Below the pieces are notes generated by a model. That model saw only the letters and a list, made by a program, of their open reading frames with translations. It did no database searches and was not told where the DNA came from. Shown here one piece after another: positions 13,528 through 26,459 of a stretch of 64,000 bases of DNA. Made by a program: the position numbers and the translations under genes. Source of the DNA: Girardia tigrina (Eukaryota). Position 1 is the first letter of the stretch. Each line of letters opens with the position of its first letter. The stretch lies in assembly GCA_001938485.1 (NCBI GenBank), contig MQRK01227526.1, positions 1 through 64,000 on the forward strand, in the 5' to 3' direction.

Positions 13528-14634
13528 TTAATTTATTGCCCCGACTGGCTCCTCTACTGTCGAGGCGTTGCCTTTTGGGTGTTCACTTCCTGTAACCGAT
13601 TCTTCATATTCTTCTTCAATGTTATTCACAAATCTCCGATTATCTCCTAGTCTTTTGACTTCTCTATCTCTATATCTTTGTTGATTGTAGCCCGATTCTC
13701 GATAGTTATTGTCCCCTGTATTTTGCTGTCTTCTTCTGCCATTAAGGTTTATAACATTCACTTTCACTGTACCCTTTATCTTGACATCTTTTTCATTCGA
13801 TGTTTGGACAGTTTCTTCTTACGTGTCCCTGTTGTCCACAACCATAACATTTTATTGGTCTCCTTTCCGAACAATTTCTTATCATATATCCTTCTTTTCC
13901 ACATCCGAAACACTTGATTAGCTTTCTTTGTCTACACGTTTCACTTGTGTGGCCTACTTTTTCACAATTTCTACATTTAACCACTTTCATGCCTTGAGCG
14001 TATTTTGTAGTATTTCTACCAATCCCTGTCTGATTTTGTCCGTATTTACTGTCTCCTATTACTGCTTCTAGGTAACTCCGGTGTCTGTTTTGCATCCTCT
14101 GGTCTCTTACTACATTCACGTTTTCTATCACACTTTTGAGGTCAAGTACTGCCTTTATCTTTTCTTTTATCTCATCTATTCCTTTCACTTTGCTTTTTCA
14201 CTTCACTTTTTTTATGTCCACATCATCACAACAATGTAACAATAATGCTTCCGTGAGGGCGTCCTTTGACAAGTCATGTTTCAAGATCTTGGCTGCGAGC
14301 TTTTCTACTTTTTCAAAAATACTTCCGGTATATCTTCCTTCATCCTGTACCGGCATGCCTCAACCAGGTCTTCGAATAGTGAGGAAGTTCAGAGGGATGC
14401 TTTTCTCAATCGGTCTTTATAACCTACTATTGTCTTATATACCGCTTTGTATCGATCTTTCAGATCTCTCTCCAACAAACAAACGACTATTGTCTCTTGT
14501 TTGGTCTTCACTATTCCTGCAAAATTATAGAATGTTTCACATTCTTTAATAAATGTCTCCACATTATCGCCTTTCCTGTACTTTTCAGGTAACAGTTGAC
14601 CCGTGAAGATATCCATTGCAGCGTTAGTCGCCAT
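13528..14634 (-). pseudogene. Gypsy gag with three zinc knuckles
   Basis: CRNCEKVGHTSETC, CFGCGKEGYMIRNC, CYGCGQQGHVRRNC; the ATG is formed across the LTR/PBS junction. Confidence 0.85.
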
Positions 14635-15320
14635 GTGAGAAGTGGTTGCAACCTCTATATCAGAATTCATTTTTTTAAACACCAAAATTTATTTATATAA
14701 CAATTCACATCTTTAAAACAAATTTTCCTATTAATTTAATTTAATTATCTCGACCCAAATTAATCCATTAAATTCTTTTCTATTTAATTTTTAAAATCCT
14801 GAAAATTTATTTCAAAAATTATTTAAACTTTATTTTCAAAAATTTATTTCAAAGTTTTTTAAAATTACTTATTAAAAATATTTTTATTTATAAATAAATA
14901 TTTAATATTTTTGTTTTCTTGATATTTTTAATTNNNNNNNNNNNNNNNNNNNNNNNNNNNNNNNNNNNNNNNNNNNNNNNNNNNNNNNNNNNNNNNNNNN
15001 NNNNNNNNNNNNNNNNNNNTTTTTAATTTTAAGATATTTAATAGATACATTAAAAGATATTTTTTATTTTTAAATAGATATTTTATTTTTTTATGATTTT
15101 CTTTTATTATATCATTTTTAATTTTTTTAAAATATTTATGAACACATTAAAAAATATTTTATTTTTAAAAACGTTTTTGATTTTTTAATAGTTGTTTTAT
15201 TATATCATTTTTAATTTTAAAATATTGAATAATCATATTAACATAAAAATATTTTACTCTTTAAATTAAAAAAATAATAAATTATTCAGGCGAGATAAAA
15301 ATTTAAATTAACCCCTCATA
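14634..15320 (-). repeat. 5' LTR (TATGAGG...CTCACA), contains an N gap
   Basis: Matches 9724-10321; followed by the TGG-starting PBS. Confidence 0.92.
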
Positions 15321-15325
15321 GGCTG

Positions 15326-15556
15326 CAACCATATCAAGCACAGCATTGTGTCTTTCCATCCAGAAGCTACTCATAGATTGGCAACCGTCAAGAACATGTG
15401 CAAGAGTTTCGTCATCAGAACAACCTCTGCGGCAGGGTACGTGAAATTCCATCCAGGGACGATCCCTCACAGGTATCATGTATGATCTGGCCATATGAAT
15501 AAATTCCCATTCAGCATTTGTAAGTCTACCAGCATATATTGGTGAAGTGGATCACA
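15326..15556 (-). mobile_element. RLE-type non-LTR retrotransposon, CCHC region (5'-truncated at a TA run)
   Basis: CRRGCSDDETLAHVLDGC followed by RHNAV, typical of R2/NeSL/R4-type elements. Confidence 0.8.
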
Positions 15557-16934
15557 TATATATATATATATATATTTAATATAAGACAAATAATTATTAA
15601 TATAGTAAAAATTTAAATTTGAAAATAGCTTGGTAATATCGATTAGTGATATTACCGAGGAGAAATTAAAATTTATTATAGAAATAATGTTTTATAAACA
15701 CAAAAATACAAGTATTCAAAAGAGGAGAGGATTTATAATTTAAAGGAAAAGAGATTCAGCCAAATCGTTTATTACTAAAGGATTCAAATCTTAAAGTAAC
15801 CAAGCAAAACAAAACGGTGTTTCTCAACAATTAAATAGAACAATTCCCCTGAACAAACGATAGTGAATAACAACATTATTCTTTCCTCAACAACAAAGTA
15901 AAATTAACATATTTTGTTGTTTCAGCAACTCTCATCTCACATATTTTCAAGTTCTTTTTGTGATAACGAAAAGTCATTCTTTTTCTAATTTTCATTTTGT
16001 GTTATTGGTTAAAATTATATATTGATAATTATGACGTGATTATTAATATTTGCTGATTTTATACTTTTGGTTTACCAGAAGTGAGTTCAGAAATTCCTAC
16101 AATTTTAAAGGGATAATTTTTTAGCTGAATTGCGCTTACGATTATAGTATTACAGTACAAGTTTTATAATCACTAAAATACCAAGTAATTTGAACTCATC
16201 AAGATAAATAGATCGACAACAAACATTATTCTCCTATTTTAATGTAGCTTTTTGATATAAGTATTACACCAATTTTGATTTAAATGGATTTGCTCAAGCA
16301 AGACATTATTGAAGTCATATGCTGACACCCTTATTCTGCTGGTTAGTGGTTAAGTGCAACTTCAAGAAATGATCAGCAGGACATTTCGATCAGTGTAACA
16401 CCTTGGAACATCCTTGAGGGAATTGAAATTTACCATACTAGATGTATCGTAAGTAGGATAATAAGTACTTTCTTGATGGAGCAACTATCAGCCATATTTT
16501 TTACATTGAAGGGTATCTGTATTTAGTTTACTTAATTAGCCAAAATACCAGTTTCATCCAAAGAGAACGTTTTTTGTAATCATACTTAAGATTAATATTA
16601 TCACCTCTTTTTCTCTTCTCCAGTTCTAGAAACTGCATGGCTACAAGACTTTTGAGCACTGCAAATATTTTTTTATTTTAGCAATATTAGCCATTTTCTC
16701 AAGATTATTCTTGGGCTTGAAGCTTATGCCTTTGATATTTATCTATACTTCCAACGTAAGTTCAGTGGAGTTGAACTTTCCTCCGTGATAGATGAGTACC
16801 TTATTCAAACTATCTGTCATTCTTTCTATTTTCTCAATTCCACTGACTACTCCATCAGGGTAGCTGCTGATGTGTCATTGCGTAGATCACTTTTGGATAG
16901 ACACATTCTGCTTGAAGTTGGTTTGACTTATGAT

Positions 16935-18586
16935 TAGGTCAACTAAAATTATGCGCATATTTTCATGCGAAATATGCTATTTTTTGCAAATATATGCAGA
17001 AAAAATATGCATTTTATACGATATATACAAAAAATATATACAAAAACAATCAAAGACTAATTTAATGATGTATTGTAGTACAACATCATGTACTGCTTGA
17101 CCGAACTAGGTAAAAATCTCCTATCCTTTGGGATAATGTTTCCAAGAATAGAGAATGATCATTCAACTGCTTTTGTTGTTGAGGGAGCTGACAGAAGTTC
17201 TGATGCTATTCTGATGTTTAAATCTTTGTCTTCATTGATGAAATTTAATCAAAACGATTCATTTTAGTCATGACATATTATTTCAAATTCAAATCATCTT
17301 CATCGAACTTAATATCTGATGCAATTCTTTTGGTATCATTAATTGAAAACATTACTGAAATGGTATCGTATATCAACAATTCTAGATGTCCATATTTTCG
17401 ATGGATTTCCATAAGTTCGTCTCTTAAACCCTCGACAACAATTGATCTTTGTGCGTTTGTAAACAGTACACCATTGCTTATTATCTATTCTATCACCTCC
17501 TTAATGTCTTCAAAATTTTCAGCGTAAAACAGGGTAGCCATCAGCCAAGTACCAAATCTCGTGATTATTGACTCTGGAATTATTCCTATTGAGGAAAACA
17601 TTTGCTTTCTTGTTTTATTTTTATGGACTAACATTTTCAGTGATCCAATCTGACCATCGGCTTTAGTGTATTTGGACTTAATTTTTAACACACAATTGTG
17701 GAGAATGTGTATGAAGCAATTGATGTGTTTGAGTACTTTACTTTCAGTCGATCGCCGCAATTCTTCTTATAATTAACGGAATCAGTAACGAATAGACGAA
17801 AATTATCTCTTTTCAACTCATAATCTCTGATCGCATCATCTATAAATTTAGAAAAACTTTTCCAGTGACGGATTTCGGCAAGACTTTTACATAAACTAAA
17901 AATGCTTCATTCTGATCCTCCAGATTTCGTATGATAAGATTACCATATTTATCACCATTTATCAGGCTTTCGTCAGCGATAATATAATAATGATGGTCCT
18001 TTAATCTATTTTTAATACGCTCCATTTGTCCTTTGTGCTTTTCTTCTGTGCCAGAACGAACAGTTGACTCACACGGTATCGAAATATTGAGTTTCTGGAA
18101 CATTTTAATAACACTATCATTCCTCAATTTATAAAGTGGGATATTAGCACCCGTGAATCCTTCTAAAATAATATCTTCAACTTCTTTTTGGACCACCTTG
18201 AGAGAAGACTGAGATAAGTTGGCAAAATCTTTTCTTTTGATGTGGCCAGAATTTCTTAAATGTTGGTCCACCAAAAATTTTCTGGTGGCATTAATAACGG
18301 AACCACATGGTATACAGACCAACTCACTAAGCTATTGGGTTCCAAGTTCATATATTCTGTAAGCTTCTTACTTGACTTTTTATTCTGTTTTATAGCTTTC
18401 ATGGAGTGAAGAAATTTTAGAAATTATCTAATAAATCAAAAACATTAATGAAACGAATGAACCTTTAAAAATGTTGCCCTTTTATTACTAAAAGATATTT
18501 ATTTAAACAAAAACAATAATATGAAAAATATGAATCTTTTGACTGAAAAACAGAAAATATGCAAAATATGCATTTTGGCTGCCCTA
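16935..18586 (-). mobile_element. hAT transposon (CGGBP1-related type), 8-bp TSD CTTATGAT
   Basis: TAGG...CCTA imperfect TIRs; TSD at 16927-16934 and 18587-18594; CIPC...QHLRNSGH finger, ANIPLYKL, IIADES, CFIHILH, TRFGTWL; broken frame. Confidence 0.88.
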
Positions 18587-18599
18587 CTTATGATTTACC

Positions 18600-19200
18600 T
18601 TCAATATCTCTAGATTACATCTAGATTAATGTATATTATATGTTTTGGCAGAAAACATGATAATTAACCTGAATTAAGTGAATCTTTAGGAAATCTTGTT
18701 TCTAAAACAGTTATTACTGCTTCTAGTATAGGAATATAAATATATCTCCTGTAGAATATTTCTGGAGAAGAATATGGAACATTTGTTTTATTTTCTTGAA
18801 TTTTCATTTTGCGTGGAATATCTACAGGAATTTCAAACATTCCTAGAAGAAATAAAACTTTAGTAAATATATCATTAAATTCTTTATTAGCATTATGACT
18901 TTTTTCCATACATATAAATATTATATTGTTAATAAGTTTCAATGAATTACAAAAGTCTAAGCTTTTCTTATGAAAGAATCTTATTAAGAATTGTACTTGT
19001 TATTCTGGGTTCAAAAGATTTATTTTTGTCGTTAAAATATTTACAAATATCGCGAAACATAGTATAATCTTCTCGCTTTTTGTTTTTATAAACATAACTT
19101 AAACAAATACTTATTTGTATAATCTGGGTTAAATCAATTTTTTTCGACAAAGACTACGCAATAATATTTGGTTTGATTCCCTCTTTATAATATTATAAGT
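18600..19200 (-). mobile_element. Older hAT transposase remnant (ZMYM1/P52rIPK-like)
   Basis: SPEIFYRRYIYIPILEAVITVLETRF is typical of this hAT group. Confidence 0.65.
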
Positions 19201-19299
19201 AATTTCATCACAACAGCATACAATTAATTGATTTTGTATTGCTTTATTAATATATGTAGATTTTGCATTACTATTTTTTAAATGTTCTTCCTTGTTTTC

Positions 19300-20290
19300 C
19301 TGTAATTTATACGTCTATTGATATTTTATCAATACATTCCATTAGGCTGTTGTTTGCACAATATAGTTTGATGTCTGCTTTTTCCAATTTTACATTTTCT
19401 AATTTATCGAAAATTGACTTGGTAATTACAATTACTCTAGCTATTGTATCCAATAAAAATTCTTCTACAATATGTTGTATCTTTATTTTATACGTGTTGG
19501 GTTCTTGATCAATATTATAATTCATAACACCAAAAATTTATTACTAACACAATTAACAATTATTCAAACAATTTTTAATTAACAATTTTTGTTGTAATAA
19601 AAATTGTTTTTACTAAAAAAATTGTAGAGGAACTTTCTATCGTTTTCTTATATAAAAGTATGAAATTATAAATATCAATAACTGTTAAGTTATATTAAAA
19701 TTGAAAATTTTTAATTCTATTTATTTGAAAATTTACATTCCTTATTTTTAAATTAAAAATCAACAAAATTTTGTAGTCATATTTTTTACTAAATTAATCA
19801 TAATGATATTTTATTATTTTAGAATTAGTTTAATGTTATTTCTCTTTTTTTGAAACATTTCTAATTAATAAAGATTTTAACGTTTTATTTTTTCAATATT
19901 TACAAATTTTATTATTTTTATGATACGTTAATAATAAAAGTCTTAATTAAATTTTTTTACAAAACTATTTAGAATAACTTTTAAAATTATTACAACCTAT
20001 TTTATCATTGTATTTATATATATTTTTTTAATCAATTATTTAAAAATCCATTATTTCCCAATTAATTTCATTTTAAGTTTTTTTACTACAATAAAATTCG
20101 ATTATTCTCGAAAATAACTTTTTAAAATTAATTACGATATTTTTTACATTATTAGAAAAACTATTGATTTTAGTTTAGAAAAGTTTAGCAAACTTTTGAT
20201 TTTAAATATTTACTTATTTCAAATATTATTTATAAAAATCCTTTTTATTCAAAAATTTAAAGGATGAACTTTTCACATGAGTCCTTCACA
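19300..20290 (-). mobile_element. Gypsy remnant: LTR-like region plus protease fragment related to the 9724-15320 element
   Basis: KLENVKLEKADIKLYCANNS matches KLTNVKLEKADIKLNCANSS; ACACCAAAA-ATTTATT resembles the LTR; TGTGAAGG start at ~20290. Confidence 0.6.
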
Positions 20291-21710
20291 ATACGCTTGG
20301 TCCACCTTGTATTTTATCGTATGAAATATTTTCTACTTTCTATTCATCTATCTTCTTTTCATCAGTATTTTTTTAGTAGTTCTGTCCTCTACCGATTCCT
20401 CTAAACTTTCTCCGGCATCATCTCCGAATAATTCTCTTTTAGGAATCTGTTTTATCTCAGCAGAGGAATTTTTGGTTTCATTACCAACTTTCAAATCGAG
20501 AGGTTCAATCGGCATATCGGGATTCATGGCTCGATCGGCATTAACTGCAGTGATTGACTTCATGTGTGTGATATCCTTTGTTCGGAACAAAAATTGACGA
20601 TTGAGATTTGAATTTTGAAATAGGAGAATCTAAATTAAAATTGGAGAACTTTCCAACGATTCATGGAGCTTTACTTCAATTTTTGAATTATCCCTTTATA
20701 ATAACTCCATTTTCTTACACACAAGAACTCTATTGATTTCTACATAATCAGGATTGAAGAGATATTCATTTGGTTCATCAACAATGTTAATTTTCATATT
20801 CTTATATCATTTTAATTTTGATGAAAATGTTGGATCTGAGACGGTTTCAGCAGATTTCCACTCACAATGAATGTATGAAAGTCCGCGTTCTTTTAGATAA
20901 TATTCATCAAATTCTATTTCCGAACCTTTCGATGTTACATCTAATATATCAGAAACGCTTACAATTTGGGATCCAAGAATCTTTTGAACAACCTTTTGCT
21001 GATTTTTTAAATTTAATTCAAAATTTGAATCATTATCACTATTTATTGAATTTTCGTCATTTGAATTTATTTCATTGCCCACTTGAAAAATTGCTAATCT
21101 GAGAATGAAATTCTTATTGCTAGTTTTTTGTCTAAGATCCGGCGATTGCACCATTCGAACTAGTTTTATTAGTGGAGATGCGCTCTCAATTCGACTGTCA
21201 GAGCTACTGCAACTGCTCTCATCTTCGCTCACCACCATCAGGGAAAAGATCGACTGATTGAGACATCTGAAGTTCGTGATGTATTTGCTGTTTGTTGGCG
21301 AAAACTATTTTATCATTCACGAGATGCGTTCGACGAACTTCTCTGACGGGTGAGAAATAACTCATTTGATTCTCTTTATCATTTAGTGGTGAAGCGTTAT
21401 TTAAGTCATTCTTTTTGATCGGAACTTTATCACTGAATTTAATGAGAAACGGTGCAAATATCTTACACTCGTTCTCATGCAGTCGAATGAGATTACTGTC
21501 GCACGGTTTTATCAGTTTGTTCGATTTATCTACATTGTTGCTCATCAAAATGTAACCGACTTCACCACTAATTTCAGAATTTTGTTTTGCAATTACCGAT
21601 AGTAATTTCACACAAATGTTTTGTAAATTGAATAATTGAAATGAGATTTCATGATTAATTTGATCAAAATTCGTTATTGATCGGGAATCGAAAAACGCAC
21701 CTTTATCCAT
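20291..21710 (-). pseudogene. Intronless CHD6-9/kismet-like N-terminal fragment with tandem chromodomains
   Basis: VQKILG...EYYLKERGLSYIHCEWKS...SKLK*YK and LFNPDYVEINRVL match CHD7/8 chromodomains 1 and 2; TGA replaces the conserved Arg; further stops and frameshifts; no helicase part. Confidence 0.75.
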
Positions 21711-21929
21711 TTATTGTAATTTTTTAATGATCAAGAAGTAAAAATATTATAAACTCATTCCATTAAATTATAACGATATAGTGAAATAAAGTCATTTAAT
21801 GCAGAAAAGGAATTGTTTTTTTTATTTCAATTACCAGAAAAAGTATTTACTATTGAAATTCTTTTATTTGTCTGAACACAAAAATTGATTTATTTATTTT
21901 AACACAAATTTTTTCAATTGTTAATTCAG

Positions 21930-22666
21930 TGACTTTTTTTTACATTTCAGAGAAAATTGTATTAACTATCACTCAACACACATACACATTACTCGATTGG
22001 ACAAAACATCACGCACACATTAACACGCATACACACACGATATTCACAGCATGTACATTTGTTTCTCTATCCACACACACGCAAAACACTATTGGACGGT
22101 TCAAATCAAGGTGATTGTTTAGTTCAAAGTGAACACAAATCACCAAAAACAAAGATAGTCTCAATTTCAAAAACAGACGCAAGTCCTTTTTCTTTTTCCC
22201 TTTTTAAAAATTTTTGTCCTCGTATTTTTTGTCCAATGTCTGCATCGATAACGGAAATCAATTTAAATCGATTATTATACAAAATCGAAAACGGAATCTC
22301 ATCGAATGATAAAATGATCGATTCGTGGAGGAAGAATTATTTTATTAGTCACTGTGAGAAATTATTGAAAGAGAATCGAAACATTGAATCGACTCATAAT
22401 TAATTTGAAAGAGGCAATCATCACAAAACTATATGAACGTAATGATCTCGCATATATATTTATATAACCATATATACTTATATATTTTATTTAACTTCAT
22501 TATTTCTTTTATTTTATTTAATGATTTAATTTAATTTTTTACTTATTTTAATTATTTAATTTAACGTTTTCTATTTAATTTAATTAATTTACTTTAATTA
22601 ATTTTTTCTTATTTAAATTATTGTTTGAGTTCAACCAAAGGGTCAAAGGCAATCGCAGTGCGACCA
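21930..22666 (-). mobile_element. Unclassified element, copy B
   Basis: On the minus strand: terminus TGGTCGCACTGCGATTGCCTTTGACC (from 22666), A-rich tract, TATA-like run, CACCTTGATTTGAACCGTCCAAT (22091-22113), GT-rich tract. Confidence 0.55.
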
Positions 22667-23264
22667 GAATCTTCAAACTTTCTCATTTGTATCAACTTTT
22701 ACTTCTTTAACGTTTTTACTATCATCTTTCACTATACCTATAATATCTGTTACTTTACTTGTATTATAAAAACCGATGTTTTGAGTTTCCTATATTTTTT
22801 AATTTATTGCCCTGACTGGTTTCACTTCTGTTATGGCTCCGTCTTTTGGGCGCTCCTTCTTTATCATCGATTGCAGCTGAAAATTAGATAATTGACCGAA
22901 CATTTAGCCAGTTTCAGAAAAATACATAAACAAATTAAATAATATATATATTTAATAAAATAACTACATTAAATAATTAAAAGTAAAATAAAATTAATAA
23001 CTTATATAATAAAATAAAGTAAAAAGAAGTAACTTAAATAAGTAAAATAATTAAGCAAAAAATAAATAATTTTAAATAATTAAAACTCTTTAAATAAAAT
23101 TAAATAAATAAATTAAAAAAACTTTTGAATTAAATTTGGGAATTAAATTGAAGTTGTTTAAATACACCAAAAAAATCGAATTTGTGAACGTGATTATTTG
23201 GAGCCGTTTGAAAAGTTGATTTTCTATTGTGATTGTGTTAAAAAATTATCATAAGACTTGATAC

Positions 23265-24700
23265 TGTTCGCGTTGTGATTGCCTTTGACCATTACTTGAG
23301 CCCAATTTAAATTAAAATATTAAATAAATAAAATTAAATAATTAAAGTATTAAATTAAAAGTAATTGTAAATAAAGCAATTAAATTAAAATATTAATTAA
23401 ATAAAATCATTAAATTAAAATAAAGAAATTAACAAGTAAAAATAAATAATTTAAATAAATAAATCAAATAAAAATATATATATTTATATAGAAACTGTGA
23501 TTAAACCATCACTTTCATTTGGTTCCTTGATGGTATTTTATAGATTGTGAATTTATTTTGTAAATTAATCAATATTATTTGTATTATCAATTTCCAAATT
23601 ATTTTAGGTGAGTAGTAATCACCATATTTGAACTAACCAATTAAGGTAATTATGAAATCAACGTGTATGTGTGTTAAATATAATTGAATGTAAAAATAAA
23701 ATGTATATGTTTGTTTAATTACATGGTTTTGTGTGAGTGCGTGTTTAAAAAATTTGTTAATAACAATTACAAAAAATAAAACAATTAAAAAATTTGAAAT
23801 TTTGTTTAATGGTATCAATGTAATCAAGTTTGTGTACGTGACTATTGTCATAAATTTCAAAAACTAAATAAAAATTGGTGAGTTTTCTTTTAATTTGATT
23901 GCGTGTTATTTTGATAATGATAATCAAATGGAATTATAATCAAATTTAAAGCGAATCAATTTAATGAAAATAAATTTGTGGCGAATTCAAAGTCGTTTTT
24001 GATTAAAGAAAAAGTTGAACAAATCAATAATTCTTTTTGCGTATTATTTGAATTTGAGTAAATTATCAATTATGAAAGTAAAAAATGAATTATTATTTGT
24101 TGATTGTGAGAGCATTCCAGTGATCGAATACTTGCCGATTCTCCATAGCATAAAATACGATTTACGAATTATTTTCATAAAATGTCTCAATGAATCTACC
24201 GATAAAATTATTCAAGGATTAATGAATGACAAATTTGACGAATTGCAAGATTACTGTGATCCTTCTATAATAAATACTGCGATTAAAAAATTTAAGCTTT
24301 GTAAATCGATCTTGAACAAATATCTATGAACTGCTCACCCAGTCATTGATAAATTGTTTAAAGTATTGAGTTCTTATAAATCTTTGTCGACCATCGATTT
24401 TTTTGGTAATTACACTCAAAACGATTTGCCTGTTACTGAAAAAGATAAAACGAATGAAAAAACTTTCTCTGAAATGAAACAGATACAATTATAATAAATG
24501 CACTGACAACAGTTCCCGTGTAGGTAGGTACCATATGGACATAATTTAAAACCAAAGGATTGAGTGAATTTTCATTTAGTTTCAGTGAAAGTTTTCTAGT
24601 ACGATTTTTAACAATTTTAAGTGAATTTTCCATTCCGTCATTTGAGGACGAAGTTCAGTTCTCACCATACCAAACATATTGTATATTCATTATTTAAATT
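23265..24700 (+). mobile_element. Unclassified element, copy C, with a degenerate orphan ORF (~23964-24495)
   Basis: Terminus 23265-23308, A-rich tract, TATA-like run, CACCATATTTGAACTAACCAAT (23620-23641), GT-rich tract, AAATAAAAATTGG shared with copy A; right boundary uncertain. Confidence 0.6.
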
Positions 24701-25794
24701 TTTTTATTTATAAATTGATTTTGTATAATTCTATTTTTACATTTCTATGTTTGTACAATATTATATAAAAAACATTCTAAATAATATTTGGGCATTTTTT
24801 GTTTTTATTTTTGCCCCTCCAAAATTTCTTTCTGTGGAAGCCCAAGCTCTTGACATATTACGATGCATGATTATTTCTGCCACCTTTTCTATCATTTTGA
24901 AGAAGACTTCCGGTATACTATCCTTTATCCTTTAATGACATGTTCTAGCCAATCATCAAATATGGATTATGTCAGACCAAATGCTTTTTGAAGTTGATCT
25001 TAATGTCTTATTATTGATTTGCCAATTGTCTTGTACCCTTCTTCCACATCTCTGTCCCATAGACTTAAGACAATGATTTCTTGTTTCTGCTTTGTAACTC
25101 CCGCGAGTTAGAAAAATGTTTAATATTTGTCTATGAATGATTCCACATTGTCATCTTTCCTGAATATTTCAGGTAGCTGTTCTGATGGATTTGTGAAGTT
25201 TTCCAAAACAGTGTTAGTCTCCCTGTAAGTCACATTTTATCCATTTTCGTTATCAAAAATTTCCCAATTCATATTGTAGTGTTCATTAAATCGCATCAGC
25301 AGTAGCAACAAATTAAGAGTTTTTTTAATGTGATATTTTATTTATTTTTTTAATTTTTAATTTTGAAAAAATTTCTTAATTGGATTTGCGACCCCTGAAA
25401 TTTTTAAAACTGAAAAATTCAGATGCGCATTTTAAAAAAAAAACATTCGGTCTTTATTTTAAGAATCTAACGAAATAATTTCGATGATGATTATAATTAG
25501 CAGAATTTGTTTTACCGCACCAAACAACTGATTTCATTAACCACCAATTTAAAACTTATCATTCTTGCATTGCTAAATAATAAATCTTTTTGAAAAATGA
25601 ATTTTGATTTACTTTTTACGATTCTCTAATTTATTCACGTTTGTTGTTATTTCGTTACAAAACAAATCGGATTCTCTCTGAGAGATTTAAATCGATTTGC
25701 AAATCCAAGTCAACAACNNNNNNNNNNNNNNNNNNNNNNNNNNNNNNNNNNNNNNNNNNNNNNNNNNCTGTTCCGACTAATTTCGAGATTATCG

Positions 25795-26030
25795 ATGGAT
25801 TTGGAAGAGACTGAATTGGAATTAGGAAGATCGGACGATTTGAATGAAGACAGAAACGAGACGATTAATAATTTACCGAAAAATTGTGAAGAAACCGACA
25901 TTAGACAAACGTTTCAAAGCCATGGCAAAATCCAAACAATCCGAATCCATCAGAACAACAACTCCCTCGAAGCGATTGTCACGTTTATCGACTGTAAATC
26001 GTCGACATCGGTCGTCTCTTCCTCGATCAA
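25795..26030 (+). pseudogene. RRM-domain fragment (SPEN/RBM15-like first RRM)
   Basis: NNLPKNCEETDIRQTFQSHGKIQTIRI...AIVTFIDCKS has RNP2/RNP1 spacing; truncated. Confidence 0.55.
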
Positions 26031-26459
26031 TTGCGCCGCTTCTGATGTGTCACGAGTGACCGATCCCCGATCCCTCATCGTCTGGATCACGGTGCGCGCG
26101 GGTATGGTGGCGACCCTTCGAAAATATGAACGCCACCGAAATATAGTAAGATTTATTGATCGACGAGCAAATATTGCGTTGTCGCATTTTAGCATGCGAT
26201 CGATCGGTGGCCTTGTCCACATCACATATTTAAAACAAAAATTTATTATTGAAAATGGCACACTTTTTAAACAAAATTTCTTCTTAATTTAATCATTTCA
26301 CCAAAATCCATTTATTAAATTTTCTTTAAATTTAATTAATAAATTTAAATTATAATTTATAAATTGTAGAATTTATTTATAAAATTTATTATATTTATAA
26401 ATTATAAAATATGAAATTTGTTTGATCCGGTTGTCGCGGTCTAATATCCTCAACATGTC

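Larger units (their letters stand above)
9724..15320 (-). mobile_element. Full-length Gypsy/Ty3 LTR retrotransposon (degenerate gag-pol), TSD GGCTG
   Basis: Two near-identical LTRs; 5-bp TSD GGCTG at 9719-9723 and 15321-15325; PBS TGGCGACTAACG; PPT AAGAAGGGGGA; order gag-PR-RT-RNH-IN. Confidence 0.96.

Noticed and set aside
20807-20809. In-frame TGA in the CHD fragment as evidence of a variant genetic code
   Set aside because: TAA/TAG stops and frameshifts also occur; CGA-to-TGA decay is simpler; the spliced host genes read through in the standard code.
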